Positions 37,595 to 48,800 of a stretch of DNA of 64,000 bases are shown here, one piece after another. Both the position numbers and the translations under genes were made by a program. Each line of letters opens with the position of its first letter. Within the stretch, counting starts at the first letter, position 1. The DNA comes from Saccostrea echinata (Eukaryota): contig NW_026889758.1 of assembly GCF_033153115.1 (NCBI RefSeq), positions 50,034,001 through 50,098,000 on the forward strand, written 5' to 3'. The notes below the pieces were generated by a model. That model did not search any database. It had not been told where the DNA came from and saw only the letters and a program-made list of their open reading frames with translations.

Positions 37595-40500
37595 TGTGGG
37601 GTGTGTATGTGTATAGTGCACACATATATAATGCAGCCAGTAAACCTACTTCTAATCTTTCTCCATCTTGTACATGATCCACTGTACATCTACACTCTCT
37701 TTACCTTTGATATGTATAAACATCAAGGATACTCACCACCCCTCTCCACATGTATATAATCCAATTACCTAAATCCACTCCCTCTCCACTTGTGTATCAT
37801 CCACTAAAAAAAAAATCAACTCCCTCTCTACTTGTGTATAATTCACTTACCTATATCCTCTCCCTCGCCACTTGTATAAAATTCACTTATCTATATCCTC
37901 TCCCTCTCCTTTTGCATATAATCCACTTACCTACATCCACTCCCTCTCCTCCTTGTAACTTCTTTTTGATCTGTTCCTCCAGTAACATCAGTTGATTTGT
38001 GGTTTTACCTTTGAAGATGGACTGTACTTCATTGCTGACTGATTCATTGATTCTTTCTCTTCTGTCCTGGTAATCTAAATAACAAAAATTTATACTGAAG
38101 TGAAGCCAGTCTACATTGTATACTCTTCCAAATAACGGTTTCAGTTTAGACTAATCAACAAAACAATATATATTTTACAAGTGTTTTCTCAGTTTTGAAA
38201 TTTACTTTCAGATTGAAAGTAAATTAAACTTGAATAATATTTGGTTTCCAAAAATTGTGATTAAATATATTCGAAAGATTAGTAGAGATTTAACATTGAT
38301 GAAATGGATATATAAGCATAATTATTTTTTTGAATGTAAAAATGTTACAACATATCATGCACAAGATTTAAATAAACCAATTTTTAATTTTCTTGTTCAA
38401 AGTGAAAATTAACCAATATATATGAGACTAAGCCTATATAGAATTGATGCAGTCAAGTTACAAATTTTATGTACTCCAAGACTACTTCCTGTGACAGCTG
38501 TGGTATTTTTTACATGACTGATAAATAATGTTTACCCCTCTGACTTGAATCTAACTTCCTGAGTTGAGCCAGTTCATCATTAGCAATAGTAATGATATCC
38601 CTCCAGTACTCCACATTTTTCCCTTGTTCAAGTTCCAAATAGACTTTAATGTCCTCTAGTAAATCTTCCAGATCTGCTATTGTCAATCCCTAGAAATAAA
38701 GTGAAATCATTTTGTATATACATAAAAAATATAGGTACACATATGGTAAAAGCATTCCTGAGAATAATCAATAATTAAGTTCCTGGTATATAAAAATGTT
38801 ACGATACACATAAGAGAATATCAGCATTTTATAGATTTAGGACATAATTTAAGACAAAGAAGCATTTTATAGCCATAGCAATAGGCAATTAACTGTGAAT
38901 ATATAGTGATTTAACAAAAAAATAAGTTACATATATGTAAGAATACAGGAGACTCTTAATGTCTTACATAGAGATAAGTATATGGCTCATGCATTTCCAC
39001 TGCAAGATCATCATCTTCTGCACTGATGTATTTGGCTAACAAGTCAATTGGTTTAGCTACAAAAGATTTCATTTAAATGTATGTATGAATCAAAAGCCTT
39101 CTAATACTCTTTCCTTTTGCAAAATCCATAGCCAGATTTTTCTCCTTTACACACATTAACACTCTTTTTTTTACTTTCTGAGGAAACTATTTCGGACTTT
39201 AGCACTGGGTGGATACTGTTAAATAAACAATGGAATTAAAAGGCAACTGTCAAGCTCCTTTAACTTAATGATAATTTAAATTTTAAAAATATTTAAATAA
39301 AAAAAATCATAAATACCTCTGCCATCCTGTATTCGTATCTTTGATCTGAGTTTGGCTTGGTTTAAATGAAACTGAAAGTCAAAAAAAAAAATCAAAGACA
39401 AGTTTAAAATACATGTATTAAATATTCACTATGTGAAATGGCCAAAATTGCACTGAAAAATACTTTTTCACTCTAATTTAAGAAATTTCCAATCGCAATT
39501 ATTTTATAAGATTTACACAGAAATTGATTTAACTTACACTATCTTCTTGTTTTTCCCACACTCTGTAATATTCGGACTCTTTCTCTCTCTGCATTAATTC
39601 CTGAACAGAAATTAACAAATAAGAGCTAAACAATACCTTATTACTGATTCTGCATGAATATATCTCTCTCTACAGGTCAGTCTTTAAACTGTAGCTCATT
39701 TTGTGAAGGAAACTTATGACATTTACTGTTTTATCTACAGTATACTATTTTTAGAACTATATCTAGCTTACCCGCTCCTGTTCTCTCTCCTCCATCTGTC
39801 TCTCCCTTTCTTGTCTCCTCTTCTTGACCTTTTCTAACTCTCTCTAAATGTGTTTGAAAAAGTTAACATTTGAAAGCTTTTCAATTCACCATCCTCAACT
39901 GATATCAAACAAAATACATGTATATCAACAATTTACATTCTAAGAAAAGAATAACTCTCTATCATCCCCCCTTTTTACCCCTTTTCTTTCTTTCTTTTTT
40001 TTTTTTTTTGTAAATGAGGGTAAATATATATACTTGTACAATGTAAATTTAATTTGCAGATACAGCAAAACCCTTTATGCATATATTACTCAATGTTCCA
40101 AAATATAATAAAATATAAACATGATAAAGCCAAAAGATATAGTGTTATTTTTTATAACTGAATTTACATTTTAAACTTTTAGAAACAACATTGACTCAAA
40201 TGCTATGCAATAATATTCATTACAAATCATATATCTACAAAATTTAAAAGATTTTTCACACTCTTAACATCAAATAATGTACCGTAAATATGTATCTTTC
40301 TCCTCCAGTGAAAGTCTGAGTTGTTTATTTTCACTTTCCCTTTAGTTCACTTACCCTACTTTCTTCCAGTTTCATTTTCTGGTGTCTGTGGATTTCGTCT
40401 TCATTCATGTGCTTTTTTCCTTCCTTTTCCATCTTTTTGTTCCAAACAAATGTATCTAAGAGATGCTCATCTCCAAATGGATTGTCTGCATTTGTGTAAC

Positions 40501-43500
40501 CCTAAATTAAACAAGCAATATTATATAATGATTATTTCATCAGACTTCAAATTGTAAATTTTATCTAAAAATGGATTGTATATATACCAAATAGTCTTTG
40601 TCCCAACCCATCTTTTCCTTGCGTCGTCTTTCTTTTGCTTCTTTTTTTGCCAATCTTCTGGCTCGTTTTTCTTCTGGTGTTTCCAATGTCTTCATTAATT
40701 CTTTCTCTCGTCTATTACAAAAAGCAATTTTGTGTTTCATTTAGTATGTCTCAAAATAAACCCTGCTTGACTTATTTCAGCAAGTCAAAATTACTTATCA
40801 CAAAATATTTCTATTGCCTTTTATGTGAAAGTATGCTGCATGAATTTACTTTAAAAGACTATAAACCCCCACTTACTTTCTCTCCTCTTTATTTTTGAGA
40901 ATGGTTTCAATCTTCGATTTCTCCATATTTCTGATGCGAGATGAACCTCCATCATCATCTGATTCTGACTGGGAGCTGGAAGGTGTCCGATGCCTCCTTT
41001 TTTTGTGTGAAGTCTTTGATGAACTTTCATATTTGTCCCTTTTTCTGGAATGTGACCGTGACCTTGATCTACGTTGCTCCACTGGTGACCTTGATCTGTG
41101 TTGTTTCACAGGTGATCTTGACCTTGACCTATATTTTCTTGGAGATCTTGTTCTTGATGAGTCTGAATCAGATTCTGATTCACTGTCTGACCTACAAAAT
41201 AAAAAAATCAAGTATAAACAATTTCCTGTTATGTGGTTAATGTGGATGCATTTGATTGATTGATTGTATGTTGTTTTACGTCCCGTTTGAGAATTTTTCA
41301 CTCATGTAGAGACATCACCATATACCGGTGAAAAGCTTCAAATTTAGACCTTTACTCAGCACTCAGGGCCATTGAGCAATGAGAGTTCTTTATTGTACCA
41401 ACTCCTACCGTGACACGTGGCCTCGGTGTTTATGGCCTCATCCAAAGGACCCGCAACTTTCACTTCAAAGTGCTAAGCGCTTGGTGAAGGAACAGTTGCT
41501 ACCTATTAGTATTTTTTATCGACTTAGGTCAGTCAAGGCTGTGATTCGAACACACGACCTTCCAATCACGGAGCGAGCACTTTACCGACTGAGCTACCTT
41601 GATGGTAGGATGCATTGAAATAAAGGATCAAATTCTGCTGATCATCATTAGGCCTAAATAGTTTCTCATTTTCAAGTAATTGCACTTCACAAAAAAAGTC
41701 TGTCACTTTGTGAGAAAAAAAAATATAGTCTAAAAGAAGGATGTTTTGGTGTTATGTCTGCTCTGCTTCATCTGACTGGTCAACAATACACAATTTAAAT
41801 ATGGATGTTCAATATAGACTAAAAGAGACTAGGAAAACATCTCCTGACAGAATTCTTGCAAAAATTTTATTGTTAATACCATATTGCTTTGGAAATCTGC
41901 CTCTCACAGAGGGGGACCCGTTTCTTGATAAAGTTTTGTTTCTTACTATAATTTTTAACTATACCGTACATGGCAAATTCTAATAAAATATATACAAACT
42001 GATGACAGTGAGTGCAGCAAACTTCATAGATATTGTCTGAAGCATGAAAAATTTACTAATTTCTGTCAGATGGCACACACGGTGAAAGTAATACACTTGT
42101 TAATGCATATGTGGGTTTTTCCAACATCCACAGGTCATTCTATAAATAACATTGATGTTCCGACATTATGTGATTCAATAGTTAAACAGATAATTTTAAA
42201 GTCATTTTTTAGCATAAATATGCTCAAAATAAACATGTCCAATAAATATTATCATTGTTTATTTACTCTATGAACTATGGGCAAATACTTAGTTCAAGCG
42301 CACATGCTTGACCCACATTCAACAGCTTACGTTGAATAAAAAAATCAGACACCAATGTACTTAATATGTTGTCACAATATTTATATGTAAGCAATGATGC
42401 TACATAATGTGCACCCTTTTTGTTTAAAAATGACTGTAAAAGTAGGGACATCCCCAAAATAAAAAAAAATGTAGTAAATAAAAAAGGGGGAGGGTCACTA
42501 GGGTCTATTCAATTTGTAGAAAGCAAGAATAACACAGCACATAAATATGATAAAAAGACAGTGGCTTTAGAGGAAAATAAAATAGAACAATTTTTTTGTG
42601 ATTAGATCTATTTTTATAAAAGAGAACTCAATTGTTTAGGTTTTTTAAAAGTTAACTTGACAATATATTCAAAATATAACATTTAAATTTAAAAAAAAAA
42701 TAAAATTAATGATGCATTTGTATTTTTCATTTAAATATAAATTCAGATACATGCACAAGTAACTCAACGAGACACGCCGTGCGCCGTCAATTCGGCAAAA
42801 TTCCCCCCATGCATTAAAAATTTTATGGGGAAAACACTGGACAATGTGTAGGAATGGAGGAAATTTGGATTGAAATCTGCACATATTCTTCAGAGAAATT
42901 TTTATCAGGCCATGTGAAAAATTCTAAATTCCAAATAATCCTTTGCAGTGCATAACAACATGGTGGCTTTGGCATAGCAACAACTTACTTGAGAAAAATT
43001 ACAAACATGGATTTGATGCAATTTCCTGCCACAAAATTATGGTTTGCATCCTCAGTAAACATGACTTTGTATGTGACGTCATGTTATCATCACTTAAACG
43101 GCTCAGCTATTTCTGATTTTGTGGGGAAAATCCGAGAACTTCGGAATCTCAATCCCGATGTATGGGGACTGCAAAGTTAGAGATATCGATTAAAGAAAAA
43201 GATGAACTTACAACCAGTCTTCGACAAATCCCGGGAGTCCGAAGCCTGGGACCTGGTAAAATTGGAAGCGGGCATGTGGAAATTGCATACTTACAAGCCC
43301 AAAGGGCATGTAAATTCTGAGGCCTAAGCCTCCGTATTATCAAATTAAATAATACCAGTAACATTAAATGTACTTTAAAGTCTGATTTTTCATCTACAGT
43401 GGAGCACCAAATAGAATTTTGACGATAGTTTATTCTACCGCGATTTCCAAGGAACTCTTTTGCAAAGGAGACACAAAAAGTGTACAGGTTGAAAACAATA

Positions 43501-44175
43501 TTAATGGCGAGACAATAGATCGACAGAAATGGATTTCGGATCATTTCCATGGCATGAAAAGGCAAATAAGAATAAAATTACTTGACAAAATTCTGGGCAT
43601 GTAAATATTTGTTCGGGCTAGCGTAATAAGTGGTTAAACCTGCCCGAAGGGCATGTACTGAAAAAAAGATTTGGCGAAGACTGCTTACAACACACAGTAA
43701 ATGCAGACTAAAGGAGTCTACTGAAAAGTGTAATGTAATAAGCAGAATACAAAAAACGACACTTGAAAGGTGAAGAGAGTTGTAGAATAATGATTAATGA
43801 TTACAAAAATAACTGTGCTTGCCCTAACGGTTTCACCATCGAATATTAAAGAGACATACGAATGGGATTGATGGGTAAATCACATATTTTTTTCTTTTTA
43901 GAGAAGTTAATTATGTAAGTTATATCTTGGTAAAGGGGGGGGGGGGTAATGAAGAAGATCACACTTCGTTCAGGCATTGGTCTCTTTTTCAGGTGCCTTT
44001 GATGCATTTTCATTCAACAAACCAGAGACATATAAAAACCATATATCTCTGAACAAACGAAATCTGTGTCCTTCAGTTCTGCTACTTAGAATCGTTTAAA
44101 ATGAGAGATGGTTTACCTTTCGTATTTCTTCTTCTTATGGCGATGTTTTTCTTTAGATTTCTTTTTGCTACCCAT
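30573..44175 (-). CDS. CACTIN: Cactin (spliceosome C*/P-complex factor), 765 aa, 17 coding exons
   Basis: Exons (minus) 44175-44117, 41191-40877, 40711-40588, 40501-40355, 39843-39772, 39600-39538, 39371-39317, 39056-38968, 38689-38536, 38074-37931, 37221-37112, 36746-36451, 36096-35907, 35717-35478, 31249-31199, 31068-31006, 30698-30573; all GT-AG, 2298 nt in frame. Hallmarks: RS-rich N-terminus, GYTNADNPFGD, RIQDGRAKPIDLL, KYRPRKPRFFNRVHTGFEWNKYNQTHYD..NPPPKIVQGYKFNIFYPDL, FHFKRYRYRR. Confidence 0.97.
31259..32439 (+). mobile_element. Non-autonomous Helitron/Helentron-type element with degenerate satellite-like (Cg170-type) units, in cactin intron 14
   Basis: 5' box aaggagacccatgtcccacaaagctacctga, repeated units with cccacccta/ggggcatgat/gaatgct, acagacag microsatellite, 3' box aatcagaaaaaaatcactcaagccctaagctcctgtgagctaa. 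Confidence 0.6.
32590..35171 (+). mobile_element. 5'-truncated non-LTR retrotransposon (RTE-X/CR1-group-like LINE), antisense in cactin intron 14
   Basis: Open frame from ~32592 (..NKQRPKW..) to 35021, no endonuclease domain, short 3'UTR with AATAAA at 35149 and a (TGAAT)n tail. Clade assignment is inference. Confidence 0.9.
32676..35021 (+). CDS. LINE ORF2 fragment: reverse transcriptase plus C-terminal CCHC-type zinc motif
   Basis: KSAGPD, NYRGLS, QSGF, FVDFSKAFD, GVKQGDNLSPTLF, FADD, YKYLG, and CYSC..EDEKHFVLYC; uninterrupted for 781 aa. Confidence 0.93.
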   Translation: MTTDCLLLRKEVRNLGKKVHKYPNNCELKHAFAKCRKDYNKLRKSLKSNFYNSIAEEINTLSPQNSSKFWNKIKENKSKKTNAETIGISEFVDHYKSLLNIQYTDEESLKYKYTELNTEPNPLDFLFTQDEIEQSILKLKNGKSAGPDLILNEFIKTNNTTLLPVLTKLFNILLKNGKMPKEWNLSLITSLYKNGDPNNTNNYRGLSVASCLGKLFTGLLQKRLDNYLESNNLLSQYQSGFKKGHRTTDNIFVLKTLVNKYLYTKKQNLYVCFVDFSKAFDTVWRSALLYKLNKKGIGGNFLKLLTDMYTNTYYSCKKDNQMSEKFKANRGVKQGDNLSPTLFNIFVDDFVNYLKNVSTYPAYLDTMPINHMFFADDLVLVSESEVGLQNCIDVLGKYCSDWKLCVNMDKTDVMIFSRKTDDETSFRFYYNHQMINITNEYKYLGVVFRSDGKMKFAAEQLSECARKAYYAIKSNFPANINFSAEIMLKLYQSMIIPIITYGSEVWITDFKCDLMSSDQFPFEKTQHLIFKDILGVHRKASNLAVLCELGRFPLYYLCYEYMFKYFKRLKEMENKHDYNNYLVISAFKEDKKLVSRISWQRKLSSLLQKLNITSLDISHTTLKNKLQEHYLNKIHEQLKNISKSNSGKLAFYSKIVIQNEYKLQSYLKLPLKKSFRSVLTKLRISAHPLYIETGRYCKPPIPREKRLCYSCKLFIEDEKHFVLYCSKYDQFRGNYTDIFNVNTYTSDNPIRKIVNPTNITTARRICCFLKKCFDTRKESQQ
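37735..37955 (-). repeat. ~40-bp tandem repeat (about 5 units) spanning the cactin exon 10 / intron 10 junction
   Basis: Plus-strand unit ~ataatccacttacctacatccactccctctccacttgtgt. The unit at ~37920-37950 contains the real donor. Confidence 0.8.
41252..41610 (-). mobile_element. Full-length V-domain tRNA-SINE in cactin intron 1
   Basis: Reverse complement has a tRNA head (GGTAGCTCAGTCGG, GTTCGAATC), a V-domain and an (AATC)n tail. The 3' half is homologous to the SINE at 12599-12896. Confidence 0.85.
43215..43683. mobile_element. hAT-type MITE (469 bp) in cactin intron 1
   Basis: TIRs CAGTCTTCGACAAAT / ATTTGGCGAAGACTG, perfect 8-bp TSD CTTACAAC (43207-43214, 43684-43691), subterminal GGGCATGT repeats. 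Confidence 0.85.
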
Positions 44176-45455
44176 TTTCGTCAAATTCGTATGTCTATCG
44201 TAAAACGTAAAACAGGAACTTTACATTTGAATACTAAATTTAGAATCAAAAACGTCTCAATGCACTTTATCCGGATATCAGAAATCGCACCTGCGCCTTT
44301 TTATCTCACACAATATAACTATAAATCAGTTATTCTACAAAAATGTGACCAAATAACTTTTTTTTTAAGTCGTTAAACAAATTTACCGCTGTAACATCAT
44401 TATTATAATATGAATGACTTAACATGAATATATGTCGTCGTTTTTTGGTTGTTTTTTTTTTTTTTTAAATTAATTTTTTGTTTTATTTTGTTTTTGTTTT
44501 TTATTTGTTTGTTTGTTTGTTTGTTTTTAAATATGCAGTTAAAGTTTGACACGAACAAAATAAAATGTTTAAAAACCTAAATCTAACACAATAAATCTTG
44601 AAGTCGCTTCACTCATTTACAAATTTCATGACGAAATTTTCAGTTGTGCAAGCGTTCCGATTAATTGCATGGAATATTAAAGAAAAGTTTCTTTCCCTAT
44701 ATAATAAGAAAACAAACCTCTTCTTGCAGAGAAATGCTTGGATCTTAATTGTTTCGTACGATATCATAGTATATCGCAGCAAATCAATTAACTTCCGTAG
44801 TAACGTTTTTATTTTAAACCATGCAGATACGACAATGAACTGGAACCTACCTGAAAATGACCACGGAACCTAATACGATCGATTCTACTTTCGAGTCAGA
44901 TAATCAAGACCATTACATTTTCGACATGACAAAATGAATTGCACAAAAATTGTTCGCTCTTTTAAAAATTTAACTTCCGTAATTTTTAATTAATACTTAA
45001 TTCGTTCCAGACTTCAAAAGTCATGTTATTACACCATTATACACCCAACAAAGTTTGTACCTTTATCAATTTCGTCATTAAATATTGTTTAAACTAAGCA
45101 TTAATTTCCTTAACATTGCCTTCTGGCTGCGGTGTATCGAAATTGTTGTATAAGTTAATTTAAAAAAAAGTTAAAGTGGATTTTTTTTTTCAAGTGCACT
45201 GATACAATGTATGTCCTTTAAGGAATAATGTTGTTCAGTTGGCTATTTTTAAGCAACATTCCCCCCCCCCCCCATGTTTTATACCCTGAATTGCTTCAGG
45301 TCTATGTTTTATCTTAGAATGACTGAAAATTTACTGATATACTACTGAGAAAATTACAGATAAATTGGACATAATTAAATAATTCAGTTCATAAATTGAA
45401 CAAGTTTGGCGTTGTACACGTTACCATCATCTTCTGCATTAAAAGGATTTTAATG

Positions 45456-45458
<3 letters not shown>

Positions 45459-45496
<38 letters not shown>

Positions 45497-45497
45497 A

Positions 45498-45540
<43 letters not shown>

Positions 45541-45541
45541 A
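45459..45541. repeat. Compound microsatellite (GA)n-(AAAT)n
   Basis: Direct reading. Confidence 0.95.
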
Positions 45542-45835
45542 AGAAATCTAATTGATGATTTGAATTAAATATGTCATTATGGATTAAAAGCTGAACTATA
45601 GCTTTAGTTTATTGTCCATAAACTATTTTCCGATTAAGAGATACTGTACTACTAATACAACTGTTTGGATGTAAGGTGTTGAATGAGGACTGGAAAAAGA
45701 ATTAGGAAATATTGAAACTTGTGACGTCAAGATCATTATGACGTCACAATTTCCAAAGGTGTAGGCAACGAATGTCGGAAGCTTGTTGTGCTTATGTGAC
45801 AGATTATATATTGGTGGAAATTTTTCCGAAACGGG

Positions 45836-48800
45836 ATGAATATCTGCGATCAGGTTAGTGATTTAATACGGTTGTGGAATATAGTTTACATTTACATATA
45901 TTAGAGTACTAGTATCTTGCATTTTTTATTTAATGTAATTGATTTCGGCCTGAAATTTAGGACAGGAAATGTGAATTTTTGGGCGTTTTTGGCTACTATG
46001 CTTGAACTCAGAAAAATAAAATATTTTTAGGTGAAAAAGGACTTTGTCTAACAGAGAAATAAAGATGCCTTAAGTATATTTCTATTTCCTTGGTCATATT
46101 TGATTAATTGTATATGTGCACTATGTTAGGTACATTTTCATGATTTTGATATATAATTCATTTGTTGATTAATAGATTTGAAATTGGGGAATTGGTAAAT
46201 TGGGTATAACAGCCAAATTTCAACCGATGTTGCAACGAGGGTTTAATAAATCACTAAGTATCTCTAAATATTCGTAGCCAGTACATAAGAAACTACTTGT
46301 TTGATAATGGATCACTGATTCGTCACTGTTCTTTTAACGTCACAATATCAATTATGACGTCAGTATGTTTGATGTTTTGACAACGAATGGCGGAACATTG
46401 TAGTCATATTCTTTTCGATGATTCTATTCTGCAAAAGTGAAATTGTGTCTGGAAAAAGCTATGATAAGTGTTAACCAGGTTAGTTATCAAGCCAGTAATA
46501 GGCAAAATATGTTCTTCCAACATTGGTGGGCGTGAGTTTAAGGTTTTGATTTAGTTTGCTTACTCATGTTTTAAAAAATTATATCAATATCAGTTTCAGT
46601 CATGATAAATTGAAACCAGGTAATAATATATGATGTCCTACATATTTATGCTTTGGTATTTTACCATATGTGCGACACTTTATAATTACTGATATTTACA
46701 TGCTACCCCCCCCCTTTTTAAAAATTATAAGACGCTGAATTTTTAAAAGTGTTTCTTGTAAATGATTAATATGTGTCTTGTCTTTGTAGAACGAAACTGA
46801 AACATTGGATTTTGGGAAAGAGGCTGTTAAAAGTGTGGTAAGTGCAGCTATCAAATATGAAAAACCTACAAAAAAAGGGGGGGAGCGGTGCTACAAAATA
46901 CACGAATCGAACTTTGTTGCTAGGTGTATAAAATAAAGCAATAATTGATATTTCATAAGGGATTTCATGCTAACATTTATTTCCAGGATGAGAAGTTGGC
47001 TATTCTCAAATTCCACTATAGCTGGGCTGAAATGGTAGAAAGGGTGGAAGAGGAGAAATTAAATGAAGAAAAGGTGAGATATAAAAGTCTTCCTCCCAAA
47101 ACTTGTTCTCGGTAACTATTCTTATTAATTGGTTCTAAATATTTTGTTCCTCGAATCTGGAGAAAGAGGGTTAACACATGAAATAACAATGCACGGAGTT
47201 TTGTTTTGTTTTTCCTCAAATTTATCTTTGATAATCAAAACTAAAATTTTAACATTTTTCAAACGACGTTTCAAATTATTGAAACTTAATGCACACTTCC
47301 TCTTGTAGAATGAAACCCAACTGAATTTCGGGGAAGAGATTAAGAAGACTGTGGTAGGTGATTTTTTTTGTACTGATCGCCTTTGGAATTAATATATATA
47401 CATGTATATATATTAGTGTTGTCAACGAATAACCGGTTAATCGTCAAACGAAGCGAATATAGGTTAGTAAAGTTGTTACTCGGTTACTCGGACATAGACA
47501 CAAAAGTAGAAAAGAAATATTATTTTGTTCATAAATTAATACTTACATATGTCCCTCATTTTATTTACCGTTATTTAACGACTCAGTTTTCACAGTTTAT
47601 CTAATTGATGGCTTATATTTCTAAGGAGTGTATATACAAGTTTAGAAGATCTGAGTTAATTATTAATGACCTCACTTAAACTGTGCGAGTCTGCATTACA
47701 AGATTAAAGAAGATGCCTCCACAGCATCAAAAACGTATATTCCGAAACATTTTAAAAGAATTTAAATCTGTAACGCGCAAAAATACTTTAAATAGAATTA
47801 ACATACACCGGAACATAACTCTTAAACCAGCATATAGGATATCCTGCAAAATGTTCAACCAACTTTTACGGGATATTTGAGAACAAATTTGTTAGGAAGC
47901 TTTTGAATTTTACAATAAAAAATAAATTACAGGCCGGTATTTAATGATAAATAATGGAAATTGTAACGACGTTACAAATATTACAGTTAATATTGAATAT
48001 ATATACCGCAAGCAAAGGATGTTGGAGGTCTAAAGAGAAACCATCCGAGTAATGGGGTAATCGATCGGAAAAGTAAGCGAGTAACAGGTTACTAAAAATC
48101 GTTTTGACAACACTAATATATGTAATTAAATTAAAGTAATTACATCTAAATTTAAATTTTAGGAAGAACATTTGGCCATTCTAAATTTAAAAGATGAGAT
48201 GGTTGAAAGGAAGGAAGGAAATATAAAGACAAAAGCAAAACAACGAACATATATTAAACCGAAGAAAATGAGACATAACAAAAAGTTAAGAAAGGAGAGA
48301 GAGGAGGAAAACTTGAAGAAAGAGATATTGAAAAAACAAGTGGAGATGTTGAAAAAGGAAGTAGAGAAGAGATTAAAGACAGATGAGAAAACTAGGGAAA
48401 ATAGAAGAGAGAAATTAGGGTCAAAAGAGAAAAATGAGCAAGAATCAGGAACAGAAAAAGAGGACCAGAACAAACTAAAAACAGAAAGAAAGGAGAAGAA
48501 ATCAGAGGTTGACAAAGCAGTGATGAAGTCAGAGGACAAAACACCTGAGGCTGAACAAAGGATTAAAAAGTTGGAGGCAGAAAAGAAGGGAGAAACAAAA
48601 GAAAGCAAAGAGGGGGAGATGTCAGATATGGAAAAAGATACAGAAGAGAAAATAAACACACCAGAGAAAGGCAAGGAGAAATGGAAGCCAGATACAGAGG
48701 AAAGGATAGACACATCAGAGAAAGACAATGAGAAGGAGAAATCAGAAACAAAAGAGAAGATAGATACATCAGAGGTAGACAAATTGGAAGAGAAGTCAGG

